From Alphaproteobacteria bacterium (GTDB lineage: Bacteria > Pseudomonadota > Alphaproteobacteria > SP197), in contig JAJEBJ010000493.1 in assembly GCA_022822575.1 (NCBI GenBank), positions 1 to 38,298 on the forward strand: DNA of 38,298 bases, read 5' to 3'. Under the pieces are notes generated by a model. That model had not been told where the DNA came from, did no database searches, and worked only from the letters and a program-made list of their open reading frames with translations. Every line of letters starts with the position of its first letter. The stretch's first letter is position 1. Shown in pieces: positions 1 through 7,477 of the stretch. A program made the position numbers and the translations under genes.

Positions 1-589
1 GCCCGTCGTGGTCGACGCATGGCCGACGGTAGATCGAGCGCAGCAGGGACATCGCTCGGTTGGCGGCCGACCAGCCATGGTCGGCGGTAATGCCGTTGAA
101 CCGGGCCTCGACGTCCGCGCGCCCGATGGCGTCGAGCGGGCGGGGGAGCCAGTCGCCGAGATAGCGGTTGGCCTCGTAGCGGTAGAGCTCGTTGGTCCGC
201 TTGGAGCGGTTGGGGTTCGCCGCCATGTACTGCTTGAAGCTATCGCCGAGCGTGGGCATGCCCCGCGCCTCGGCGCGCTCTCCGGCCGGATCGTCGCCGC
301 CGGCAACCTTGCCGAGGAGCTCCTGCGCCTTTCGCCGCGCCTGGTCGGCGGTGATCGGGCCGTAACGACCGATCACGACGCGCTTGTTGGGTGCCTTCCT
401 GCCGCCGTCGCCGCTCCGGTAGTTGACGATGAAGGCCTTGGTCCCGGAGGGATGGATGCGGACGCCGAAACCCGTGAGCTTCGCGTCCCATGCGATCCAC
501 GACTTCTCGCCCGGCTTGAGGGCATCGACGGTCCGCTTGGTGAGGTTCGCGCGCACCCTCGCGGTGCGTTTTCCGGTGCTGGTGTCCAT
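1..589 (-). CDS. Tyrosine-type site-specific integrase (P4/DUF4102-like), 5' part only; the catalytic C-terminus lies beyond the left window edge
   Basis: Absent from the ORF track because it is open at the edge. Manual minus-strand translation from the ATG at 589-587 gives MDTSTGKRTARVRANLTKRTVDALKPGEKSWIAWDAKLTGFGVRIHPSGTKAFIVNYRSGDGGRKAPNKRVVIGRYGPITADQARRKAQELLGKVAGGDDPAGE...DWLPRPLDAIGRADVEARF..., with no stop down to position 2. The LT..V..LKPG and L.GFGVR..PSG.K.F patterns are typical of the integrase arm-binding domain. An alternative in-frame ATG lies at 703. Confidence 0.85.
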   Translation of the reverse strand, partial: MDTSTGKRTARVRANLTKRTVDALKPGEKSWIAWDAKLTGFGVRIHPSGTKAFIVNYRSGDGGRKAPNKRVVIGRYGPITADQARRKAQELLGKVAGGDDPAGERAEARGMPTLGDSFKQYMAANPNRSKRTNELYRYEANRYLGDWLPRPLDAIGRADVEARFNGITADHGWSAANRAMSLLRSIYRRPCVDHDG

Positions 590-595
590 GGGAGG

Positions 596-624
596 ACAGT
601 AGCGACCGTCAGGTTTACAGTCAA
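596..624 (-). promoter_or_regulatory. Candidate sigma70-type promoter for the integrase (TTGACT-N17-TACTGT), placing the transcription start at or next to the ATG (leaderless)
   Basis: Minus strand reads TTGACT (624-619), a 17-nt spacer, TACTGT (601-596), then 6 nt (CCTCCC) and the ATG at 589. There is no Shine-Dalgarno sequence; the 6 nt before the ATG are CCTCCC. Confidence 0.35.
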
Positions 625-639
625 CACCACAGTCAACAC
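617..639. repeat. Tandem direct repeat ACAGTCAACAC x2 with 12-bp period
   Basis: Plus strand has acagtcaacac at 617-627, then c, then acagtcaacac at 629-639. Each copy carries a TTGACT box on the minus strand. It lies 28-50 nt upstream of the integrase ATG. Confidence 0.9.
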
Positions 640-882
640 TAGAAAAGAACTCGGTGGCCGCGCTTGGACGCGTTTGGCCCTTTTGAGGGCCGGGAGAACC
701 CATTCTAACCTCTGGAAATAAGGCCGTTAGGCCGCGTTACTGTCCACTCTGGCCGCGTGTGGCCGCAACATAAACACGAGTCTCATAACCTGAAGGTCGC
801 AACCTCGAGGCCTGCCCGTGCCTTTTGCCCGCTTGCGGCCGGCCGGCCGGCAGCTCCACGGAACGCAGCTTGTGGGCAAGGG

Positions 883-942
883 TCGCAGATCGGACCAGGG
901 AACGACGTTGCTCCATGCGACGATGTTCTGAGCCGGGATCAT
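883..942 (-). pseudogene. 20-codon N-terminal relic of an AbiEii/AbiGii-type nucleotidyltransferase toxin
   Basis: Minus-strand ATG at 942 gives MIPAQNIVAWSNVVPWSDLR. This matches the remembered family N-terminus MIP...I..W....PW....QVEQDL, but similarity stops just before the expected QVEQDL. The ATG overlaps the stop of the upstream ORF as ATGA, a typical toxin-antitoxin junction. Confidence 0.35.
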
Positions 943-1075
943 GCATCGACCAGCAGATGACGGCGCGCGATGATCCGCATCCGGACCATCGCGTTGGAGA
1001 GGTTCTGACGCGAAATCCGGCCGGTCGTCCCCGATGGCCCCGGCGATGTCGGGATAGCTCCGGCGCACGAGCGCA
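939..1075 (-). pseudogene. Frameshifted 3' relic of a helix-turn-helix gene upstream of the toxin relic
   Basis: Two minus frames join to give ...SYPDIAGAIG / TTGRISRQNLSNAMVRMRIIARRHLLVDA*, an HTH-like pattern (sigma region 4 or LuxR type). It needs a frameshift, and nothing N-terminal survives. Confidence 0.25.
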
Positions 1076-1109
1076 TTGGTCGCACGCAGGGCGCCGGCGG
1101 GCCTTTTTG

Positions 1110-1352
1110 GCCATGCGGCGGACGACCGCCAGGCACACGGCCGTGGCGTCAGCGAAGGCGTCGAAGTTGTTGCCGCTGGTGAAGGTGTCGCCGTTGTCGG
1201 TAATCCAGAGCGCGCGCGGCGCGGTCGCCGTCGAGAATGGCGTCGGCCAGGGCGCCGTGCATCGCCGGCGTCAGCGTGTTGTTCTTCTCCGTCGGGTCCA
1301 GGCGGATCTCCAGAACGTCCCGCCCGAGGGTCGCCGGCACCCGTTGAGTCAT
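1110..1352 (-). pseudogene. Enoyl-CoA hydratase/isomerase family gene, N-terminal fragment with a frameshift
   Basis: From the ATG at 1352: MTQRVPATLGRDVLEIRLDPTEKNNTLTPAMHGALADAILDGDRAARAL, then a 1-nt shift, then WITDNGDTFTSGNNFDAFAD. This fits the crotonase pattern L.lNRPe..NAl...m...l..al......r...itG.G..F.aG.D. No recognisable continuation follows. Confidence 0.45.
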
Positions 1353-1434
1353 GGCCGTCGTCTTTCCTGTCCATCCGCCCGGCGGACCGCTACCATGGGC
1401 GTGGCGTCCGCCCTTCGCCATGCCGGGAGGCCCG

Positions 1435-2271
1435 ATGTCGCTGACCCTGTCCCCGCTGTCACCGGCCCTTGGCGTCGAGGTCTCCGGCGTCAACCTCGCC
1501 TCGCCGGTCGAAGGCGGGACGGCGGCTGCCTTGCGCGATGCGTTCCGGGAACACCATCTGCTGCTGTTGCGCGGCCAGGAAATCGACGTGGACGCCCAGA
1601 TACGGTTCGCGACGCTGTTCGGTCCCGTCTCGCACCGCGGCGCTTACATGAAGGGCCGCGATTTCAGCCACGTCTCCAACGTGCGCGAGGGCGGCATCCT
1701 GGGCTCAGGCGTCCTGCGCTTCCATTCGGACCATACCTTCTTCCGTCATCCGCTCAGGGCCATCTGTCTTTACGCCATCGAGATTCCGCCGTCGGGCGGT
1801 GACACGCTGTTCGCCAACGCGGCGGCGGCCTACGCCAACCTTCCCGACGAGCTGAGGCAACGTATTGCAGGCCGCCGGTCGCTCCAGCTCTTCGACTACA
1901 GCGGTGACTACAACCGCCGCGTCCTCGAGCGCGACGCCGCGCCCGATGCTCCGCGCTGCTGGCATCCGCTGACCATAGAAGACAGTGCGGGCCGCACAGT
2001 GCTCTTCATGCACGCCCACACAACCGCGGCCGTTGACGGCCTGGGCAACGCCGACACCGGCGCGCTGATCGAGGAGCTGGTGGCCTACATCGCCGATCCC
2101 GCCGTCGGTTATCGCCACGCCTGGCGGCCGGGCGACGTGATCGTCTGGAACAACATCACGCTGCAACACGCCCGCACCGACTTCGACGCGCGCGCCCGCC
2201 GCACCCTGCGTCGCGTCCCGATCGCCGTCAGCGAGGCCGAGGCGTGGGACGAGACGGCGGCAGTGACCTGA
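1435..2271 (+). CDS. TauD/TfdA-family Fe(II)/2-oxoglutarate-dependent dioxygenase
   Basis: ORF 1351..2271. The ATG at 1435 is preceded by GGGAGG. Sequence: MSLTLSPLSPALGVEVSGVNL...FHSDHTFFRHPLRAICLYAIEIPPSGGDTLFAN...WRPGDVIVWNNITLQHAR, giving an H.D...H iron triad in TauD-like context. Confidence 0.85.
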   Translation: MSLTLSPLSPALGVEVSGVNLASPVEGGTAAALRDAFREHHLLLLRGQEIDVDAQIRFATLFGPVSHRGAYMKGRDFSHVSNVREGGILGSGVLRFHSDHTFFRHPLRAICLYAIEIPPSGGDTLFANAAAAYANLPDELRQRIAGRRSLQLFDYSGDYNRRVLERDAAPDAPRCWHPLTIEDSAGRTVLFMHAHTTAAVDGLGNADTGALIEELVAYIADPAVGYRHAWRPGDVIVWNNITLQHARTDFDARARRTLRRVPIAVSEAEAWDETAAVT

Positions 2272-2306
2272 CCGGCACGAGGGGCCGAGGGCATACGGGA
2301 GGAACC

Positions 2307-2420
2307 ATGGCCGAACCCATCGTCGAGACCCGGATCGCCTGGCCAGGCGGTGCGCACTGCGCGATCATGCTCTGCTTCGACTTCCACGCCCGGGTCGCCC
2401 GGGAAGGCAAGTCCCCTTGA
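2307..2420 (+). pseudogene. 37-codon stub resembling the N-terminus of a polysaccharide deacetylase-family protein
   Basis: GGGAGGA, then the ATG at 2307: MAEPIVETRIAWPGGAHCAIMLCFDFHARVAREGKSP*. WPGGA.CA..L.FDF is the usual opening of this family. The stop TGA at 2418-2420 overlaps the TTG start of the next gene as TTGA. Confidence 0.3.
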
Positions 2421-3190
2421 GTGGCGGGCGATTCGCCGGCAAGTCCGTGATCGTCACCGGGGCGGCGGGCGGCATCGGGCGGGCGACGGTGTTGCGCCTG
2501 GTGTCCGAAGGCGCCTCGGTGCTGGCCGTCGACGTCAAGGAACGGGAACTTTGCGAGACCGCCGCCATGGCCGGCGGGCAGGTTTTGCGTACGCTCGTCG
2601 CCGATGTCGCCGACCGCGCCCAGCCAGAGCGCATCGTGAAGGAAGCCCTCGACGCCTACGGCAGCCTCGACCATCTCGTCAACAATGCCGGCATCGGCGG
2701 CAGGGGCGGCGGTGTGGCCGAAGCGAGCGATGCGGACTGGGACGGCGTCCTCGACGTGAACCTCGGTTCGGTCTTTCGCATGTCACGTGCCGCGTTCGGG
2801 TGCCTGCCGCGGCCCGGCGGCAGGATCGTCCAGATCGCCTCCGTCTTCGGTCTCGTCGGCTTTCCCGGCTCCGCCGCCTATGCCGCCGCCAAGGGCGCGG
2901 TCGCCCAGCTCACGCGCCAGATGGCAGCCGACCACGCCGCCGCCGGCGTCAACATCAACGCCATCGCCCCCGGGGTGATCGACACGCCGATGACGGCGCG
3001 GAACATCCGGACGGACGCATGGTACCGGCAGGCCATGATCCGCAACACGCCCATGGGCGTTGGAGGCCCCGACGACGTCGCGGGCGTTGTGGCCTTTCTC
3101 CTGAGCGACGACGCCCGCTACATCAACGGCCAGGTCATTGTCGTCGACGGCGGCTGGCTGGCCACGCGATACCTGCCCAAGGAACACTGA
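2417..3190 (+). CDS. SDR-family oxidoreductase (short-chain dehydrogenase/reductase)
   Basis: ORF 2417..3190 with a TTG start. Motifs: KSVIVTGAAGGIGRA (TGxxxGxG), NNAGI, and YAAAKGAV (catalytic YxxxK). Confidence 0.9.
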   Translation: MSGGRFAGKSVIVTGAAGGIGRATVLRLVSEGASVLAVDVKERELCETAAMAGGQVLRTLVADVADRAQPERIVKEALDAYGSLDHLVNNAGIGGRGGGVAEASDADWDGVLDVNLGSVFRMSRAAFGCLPRPGGRIVQIASVFGLVGFPGSAAYAAAKGAVAQLTRQMAADHAAAGVNINAIAPGVIDTPMTARNIRTDAWYRQAMIRNTPMGVGGPDDVAGVVAFLLSDDARYINGQVIVVDGGWLATRYLPKEH

Positions 3191-3492
3191 AGCGACCGGG
3201 ATCCAAACGCTCCCGGAGCGACCTTTGGCGGCTTGATCAGGGTCGCTGACGGCCGCGCCTTCGTCGAGGCCATCGAAGCGCACCCGCGCACCGTGCCGGA
3301 GGCTCTGAACCGCAGGGGAGGATTGCTCGAGCCTCCGAAGCCCGCTCCCGTTGCGGGTTTCCGGATTTCGAACGTGTCCGCAACGACAGGTCAACACATG
3401 ATGGCATCGATCAGGGTCCGGGATTCCGGGTCGGATAGCAGGGCAAGCTGCGGTCCGTGTCGGCATGACCAGGCTGGCGTGGGAGGGTCCCC

Positions 3493-3521
3493 TTGTCGGA
3501 CGGGCAGACAATCCCTATATT
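3493..3521 (+). promoter_or_regulatory. Candidate sigma70-type promoter for hpf-ptsN-hprK (TTGTCG-N17-TATATT)
   Basis: TTGTCG at 3493-3498, a 17-nt spacer, TATATT at 3516-3521. It sits in a locally AT-richer patch about 84 nt upstream of the hpf ATG. Confidence 0.3.
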
Positions 3522-3604
3522 TCGGACCACGAAACGCGGGCGAGGTCCATGTCCGCGACCGGGGATGTTGGTAGTGGTCCCCGGTGACGATGAGCGGATC
3601 ATCA

Positions 3605-3901
3605 ATGAAGATTTCCATCACAGGTCATCAGACAGACGTCAGTGAAGCGTTGCGCCATCACGTGGAGCAGGCTCTCGGCAGCGCCATCGACAAGTACTTT
3701 GCCGATTCGAAGAGCGCTCACGTGACATTCTCGCGCGAGGCGCTGTCTCACCGGGTGCACATCTCTGTCCATGTCGGGCACGACATCAATGCCGAGGGGC
3801 AGGGCGATGCGCAGACGGCGTCTGCCGCGTTCGGCGAGGCTATGGAACATGTCGCAAAGCAGCTCCGGCGCAACAAGCGGAAACTGCGCGAACATCACTG
3901 A
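3605..3901 (+). CDS. hpf: Ribosome hibernation promoting factor (short HPF / sigma-54 modulation protein family)
   Basis: ORF 3584..3901; start taken at the MKISITG ATG at 3605. Sequence: MKISITGHQTDVSEALRHHVEQALGSAIDKYF...HISVHV...AMEHVAKQLRRNKRKLREH. Confidence 0.9.
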   Translation: MKISITGHQTDVSEALRHHVEQALGSAIDKYFADSKSAHVTFSREALSHRVHISVHVGHDINAEGQGDAQTASAAFGEAMEHVAKQLRRNKRKLREHH

Positions 3902-3939
3902 CATGGCCAACGCCATGCCGAGCCGGATCGGGTGACGGG

Positions 3940-4404
3940 ATGGAGATCTCCTCGCTGGTGACGCCTGATTGCGTGGTCCCGCGCCTGCGGTCGGCCAGCA
4001 AGAAGCAGGTACTCCAGGAATTGGCCCGCCACGCATCGCGTGTCGCCGGCACCGACGAACGGGTCATCTTCGACGCCCTTCTCGAACGTGAAAGACTGGG
4101 CTCGACGGGTGTGGGGCTGGGCATCGCCATTCCCCATGCCAAGCTGCCCGGACTGCCGGGCCTCCATGGTGTCTTCGCGCGGGCGACCTCGCCGATAGAC
4201 TTCGATTCCGTGGATGAGCAGCCGGTCGATCTCGTGTTCCTGCTTCTGGCCCCGGAAGATGCCGGTGCGGACCACCTCAAGGCCCTCGCGAGGGTGTCGC
4301 GTCTGCTTCGCAACCACGACATCTGCCAGAAACTCCGGGGTGCTGACAGTCAGGAGGCCATCTATGCCCTCCTGACTGAAGAGGAGACGGGCCATCCGGA
4401 CTGA
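3940..4404 (+). CDS. ptsN: PTS IIA-like nitrogen regulatory protein PtsN (EIIA-Ntr)
   Basis: ORF 3940..4404. Sequence: LRSASKKQVLQELARHA...ERERLGSTGVGLGIAIPHAKLPGL, which includes the phosphorylatable His. Confidence 0.9.
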   Translation: MEISSLVTPDCVVPRLRSASKKQVLQELARHASRVAGTDERVIFDALLERERLGSTGVGLGIAIPHAKLPGLPGLHGVFARATSPIDFDSVDEQPVDLVFLLLAPEDAGADHLKALARVSRLLRNHDICQKLRGADSQEAIYALLTEEETGHPD

Positions 4405-4410
4405 ACTGTC

Positions 4411-4851
4411 GTGCTGATTCACGGCACCTCGGTCGAGATCGACGGTGCCGGTATCCTGTTGCGCGGTCCACCGGGAAGCGGCAAGAGCGATCTTGCCCTT
4501 CGTCTGATCAGCGAACGCGAGGCGCGGCTGGTGGCCGACGACCAGGTCGAGGTCAGCTTGCGGGACGGACGCCTGGTGGCCCGGGCGCCGGAGACTCTGG
4601 CGGGCATGATCGAAGTGCGGGGACTGGGCATTGCCAGGCTCGACCACCACCCTTCCTGGGCTCTTCACCTGGTCATCGAACTCTGCGATACCGTGGCCAG
4701 GTTTCCCTCGCCCAGCCAGACAGTGATTGCCGGGCATCCTCTGCCGGTCTGCCGACTTCGTGCAACCGAAGCCTCCGCCGTGGCCAAGGTGATGCTGGCG
4801 GTGAAGGCGCTCCAGGGCACGGTGTCCATCGACGGTGGTCCAGGCTGCTGA
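4411..4851 (+). CDS. hprK: HPr kinase/phosphorylase, short alphaproteobacterial form (C-terminal kinase domain only)
   Basis: ORF 4411..4851 with a GTG start 6 nt after the ptsN stop. Sequence: MLIHGTSVEIDGAGILLRGPPGSGKSDLALRLI...GMIEVRGLGI, showing the P-loop and signature. Confidence 0.9.
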   Translation: MLIHGTSVEIDGAGILLRGPPGSGKSDLALRLISEREARLVADDQVEVSLRDGRLVARAPETLAGMIEVRGLGIARLDHHPSWALHLVIELCDTVARFPSPSQTVIAGHPLPVCRLRATEASAVAKVMLAVKALQGTVSIDGGPGC

Positions 4852-5104
4852 ATGCAGGGCCTCGAGAACGCGGCGATGCCGATAGTCATCGCCGGCGCCA
4901 CGAGCTGGGGCCTGGGGGTCGTGGCGTCTCGATGCAGGAAATCCGCTACCGCAGGCTGAGGGCCTTCGCCGCCCGGTGAAGAGACCTCCGATCCTCGGGG
5001 CCATTGGCGACGGCGTCGCTTTCGCGGGGGTGAGTTGTGCCGTCTTGCACGAAGCGCGAAAGTGGCATGGGCGCGACGATGCGGCCGGAAGGAGACTGTC
5101 TGTC

Positions 5105-6130
5105 ATGTTCGAGGAACTGGGGCTCGGGGAACTGACGCCGCTCACGGCTTCTGTGCTGCTGGGCATGGTGCTCGGCGGCGCCTATGGCGCGCTGGCGCAG
5201 CGTAGCGCCTTGTGCCTGCGCCGCAGCCTGGCAGGAAAGTGGCGCGACTGCTTGCCGGCGCTGGGCGTTTGGACGATGGCGCTGGCATGTGCGATCGCCG
5301 GAAGCCGACTGGCGGTTGCCGTCGACCTGATCTCGTTCGACGCGCACCGGTTTCTCGCGCCCGACCTGCCGGTCGCCTCCGCGCTGACGGGCGGTGCGTT
5401 GTTCGGGGCCGGCATGGTGCTGGCTGGCGGCTGCGTTTCGCGCCTGACGGTGCTGATCGGCACCGGCAATCTTCGCGCCCTGTTCGTCCTGCTCGTCTTT
5501 GCCGTCACGGCCCATGCGACGATGAAGGGTGTGCTGGCACCGGTGCGCGAGACGCTCGGCGCGGCAACCGTTCACGGCGGAGATGCGACCGCACTCACGG
5601 TGCTGCCCGGCGGGGAGGTCTGGCCGCTGGCTCTGGCGGCCGCCGCAGCGCTCTTCGCGCTTCGCTCCGGCGCGCCGGTCTCTCGCCTCGCCATGGGAGC
5701 TGCAATCGGGCTGCTGGTTCCACTCGGCTGGGCCGGCACGGGGTTCCTTCTGCAGGACGATTTCGACCCGATTCCCCTGCAGTCGCTGGGTTTCACGGGA
5801 CCAATGGCCGACACGCTGTTCTGGACCGTGGCGGCAACGGCCATTCCGGCCGGCTTCGGCACCGGCCTGGCTGCGGGCGTCGTTGGCGGAAGCCTGATCG
5901 CGGCGCTGACGTGCGGCGACTTCCGCTGGCTGAGCCTTGAAGGGCCGAGGCAGACCGGCCGCTACCTCGCCGGCGCCGTGATGATGGGGGTCGGCGGCGT
6001 GCTGGCGGGCGGCTGCACGGTCGGCGCCGGTCTTTCCGGCGTCTCGACCGCGAGCCTTGCCGCCCTGCTGGCGCTGGCTGCCATGGCGGTCTCGGCGAAA
6101 GCCGTCTGGGCGATGCTCGACGACCGGTAG
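5105..6130 (+). CDS. YeeE/YedE-family sulfur-compound (thiosulfate-type) membrane transporter
   Basis: ORF 4976..6130; start taken at the ATG at 5105 after GGAAGGAGA. It is a polytopic membrane protein with the two family motifs LAGGCVSR and LAGGCTVGAG. Confidence 0.8.
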   Translation: MFEELGLGELTPLTASVLLGMVLGGAYGALAQRSALCLRRSLAGKWRDCLPALGVWTMALACAIAGSRLAVAVDLISFDAHRFLAPDLPVASALTGGALFGAGMVLAGGCVSRLTVLIGTGNLRALFVLLVFAVTAHATMKGVLAPVRETLGAATVHGGDATALTVLPGGEVWPLALAAAAALFALRSGAPVSRLAMGAAIGLLVPLGWAGTGFLLQDDFDPIPLQSLGFTGPMADTLFWTVAATAIPAGFGTGLAAGVVGGSLIAALTCGDFRWLSLEGPRQTGRYLAGAVMMGVGGVLAGGCTVGAGLSGVSTASLAALLALAAMAVSAKAVWAMLDDR

Positions 6131-6173
6131 CGCGGGAGGGCCGGCGCCCGGAGCGGTTCGCAGGCGATCCGTT

Positions 6174-7460
6174 CTACCCGAACATGTCCCCGGCGATGGC
6201 GTCATACCAGCCGAGCGACTCCTCATAGGTCGCCTTGCGGGTCTCCTCGCTTTCCCCGGTCTGGGATATGAAGCCGTCGGTCTTGGCGATCTTCTCGTCG
6301 GTCCCTTCGTAGGAGGCCCCGACCTTGACGCCGTCATCGGTGCCGATGAGCGACCAGCAGGTGTTCGAGAAGCGCGCCGGAAACACCGTCGAGCCGGTAA
6401 GCGCCCCGCGCACCGCCATGGCGCACACCTTCGCCTGACTGTTGGCCGAGAACCCCGACTTCGGCATGTCGCCTTGCAGCGCGGCGTCTCCCAGCACATG
6501 AACGTTGGCGTCCGCCCGGCTTTCCATGGTGTGCGGCACCACCGGCGCCCAGCCGGACTCGTCGATGAGCCCCGCCAGTGCCGCGATGCGCCCCGCCTGC
6601 TGCGCGGGAATGACGTTGCAGACATCCACCGTCATCGCCTCGCCGTCCACCACCACCTCCATGGTCGAGGGACGCACCTCGACCCGGTCGCCACCGAAGT
6701 CAGGGCCGATGCGCTCGATCATGCCGGGATAGTGGCGCTGCCAACCGTCCTCGAACAGGCCCTGCTTGGAAAACTTCTCCTTGGGATCGACGATCAGGAT
6801 TTTCGCCGTCGGATTGGCCTGTTTCAGCACATGGGCCACCATGGAGATCCGTTCATAGGGTCCCGGTGGGCAGCGGAAAGGATTCGGCGGCGCGACCATG
6901 CAATAGGTGCCGCCCTGCGGCATGGCCTCGATCTGCGCCTTGAGAAGCTGGGTCTGCGAGCCGGCCTTGTAAGCGTGCGGCATGCGGTTCTGCTGCGACA
7001 GGTCCCACCCCGGGACGGACCCCGGCCGGAAGTCGATGCCCGGCGACAGGATGAGGCGGTCGTAGTCAAGGCTGGCCCCGCCGGCGAGTTCCACGCTCCG
7101 CTTGTCGCGATCGACGAAGACCGCCCAGTCGTGGACGACGTTGATCTCATGCCTTGCCGCCAGCGCGCCATAGCTGTGACCGATCGAGGCGAAATCGCGA
7201 AAGCCGCCCAGGTAGAGGTTCGAGAAGAAGCAGGAATAGTAGGCGCGGCTCGGTTCCACGAGCGTCACATCCACGGCGCCTTCCGAGTCCTTGGCAATGT
7301 AGCGCGCCGCCGTCGCGCCGCCCGCGCCACCTCCCACGACCACGACACGTGGACGGCCCTGTGCGAGTACCGCCGGCGCCGACAGCGCCGTTGTCGCCGC
7401 AACTGTGGATGCAAGGAAGCGGCGCCGACTCAGGCCGCTGTTTTCATTTCTCAGGTTCAT
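6174..7460 (-). CDS. fccB: Flavocytochrome c sulfide dehydrogenase flavoprotein subunit (FccB/SoxF family) with a Tat signal
   Basis: ORF 6174..7481; start at the ATG at 7460 after GGAGGG. Sequence: MNLRNENSGLSRRRFLASTVAATTALSAPAVLAQGRPRVVVVGGGAGGATAARY..., with the FAD fold and NPFRCPPGPYER typical of FCSD. Confidence 0.85.
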   Translation of the reverse strand: MNLRNENSGLSRRRFLASTVAATTALSAPAVLAQGRPRVVVVGGGAGGATAARYIAKDSEGAVDVTLVEPSRAYYSCFFSNLYLGGFRDFASIGHSYGALAARHEINVVHDWAVFVDRDKRSVELAGGASLDYDRLILSPGIDFRPGSVPGWDLSQQNRMPHAYKAGSQTQLLKAQIEAMPQGGTYCMVAPPNPFRCPPGPYERISMVAHVLKQANPTAKILIVDPKEKFSKQGLFEDGWQRHYPGMIERIGPDFGGDRVEVRPSTMEVVVDGEAMTVDVCNVIPAQQAGRIAALAGLIDESGWAPVVPHTMESRADANVHVLGDAALQGDMPKSGFSANSQAKVCAMAVRGALTGSTVFPARFSNTCWSLIGTDDGVKVGASYEGTDEKIAKTDGFISQTGESEETRKATYEESLGWYDAIAGDMFG

Positions 7461-7477
7461 GTCGTGTTCCCTCCGGT

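Noticed and set aside
8-721. 237-aa plus-strand ORF at the left edge, together with the 825..1802(+) 325-aa ORF.
   Set aside because: The first is the antisense shadow of the integrase reading frame. The second runs through gene relics and the start of the TauD-family gene in a different frame, with an Arg-rich nonsense composition.
4852-4959. 35-codon ORF starting immediately after the hprK stop (MQGLENAAMPIVIAGATSWGLGVVAS...), considered as a relic of RapZ (P-loop) or of the EIIA N-terminus.
   Set aside because: Only two glycines and a few conservative positions line up with the P-loop GxSGxGKS, and the Lys/Ser are absent. This is too weak without a search.
4946-6625. Very long ORFs antisense to recognised genes. 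Examples are 4946..6625(-) 559 aa, 6057..7592(+) 511 aa, 10088..11638(-) 516 aa, 12220..13209(-), 16564..17853(-), 25400..26884(+) and 3895..5166(-).
   Set aside because: They lie opposite genes with clear family signatures. They are Arg/Pro/Gly/Ala-rich low-complexity translations typical of stop-codon-poor high-GC DNA, and they show no recognisable motifs.
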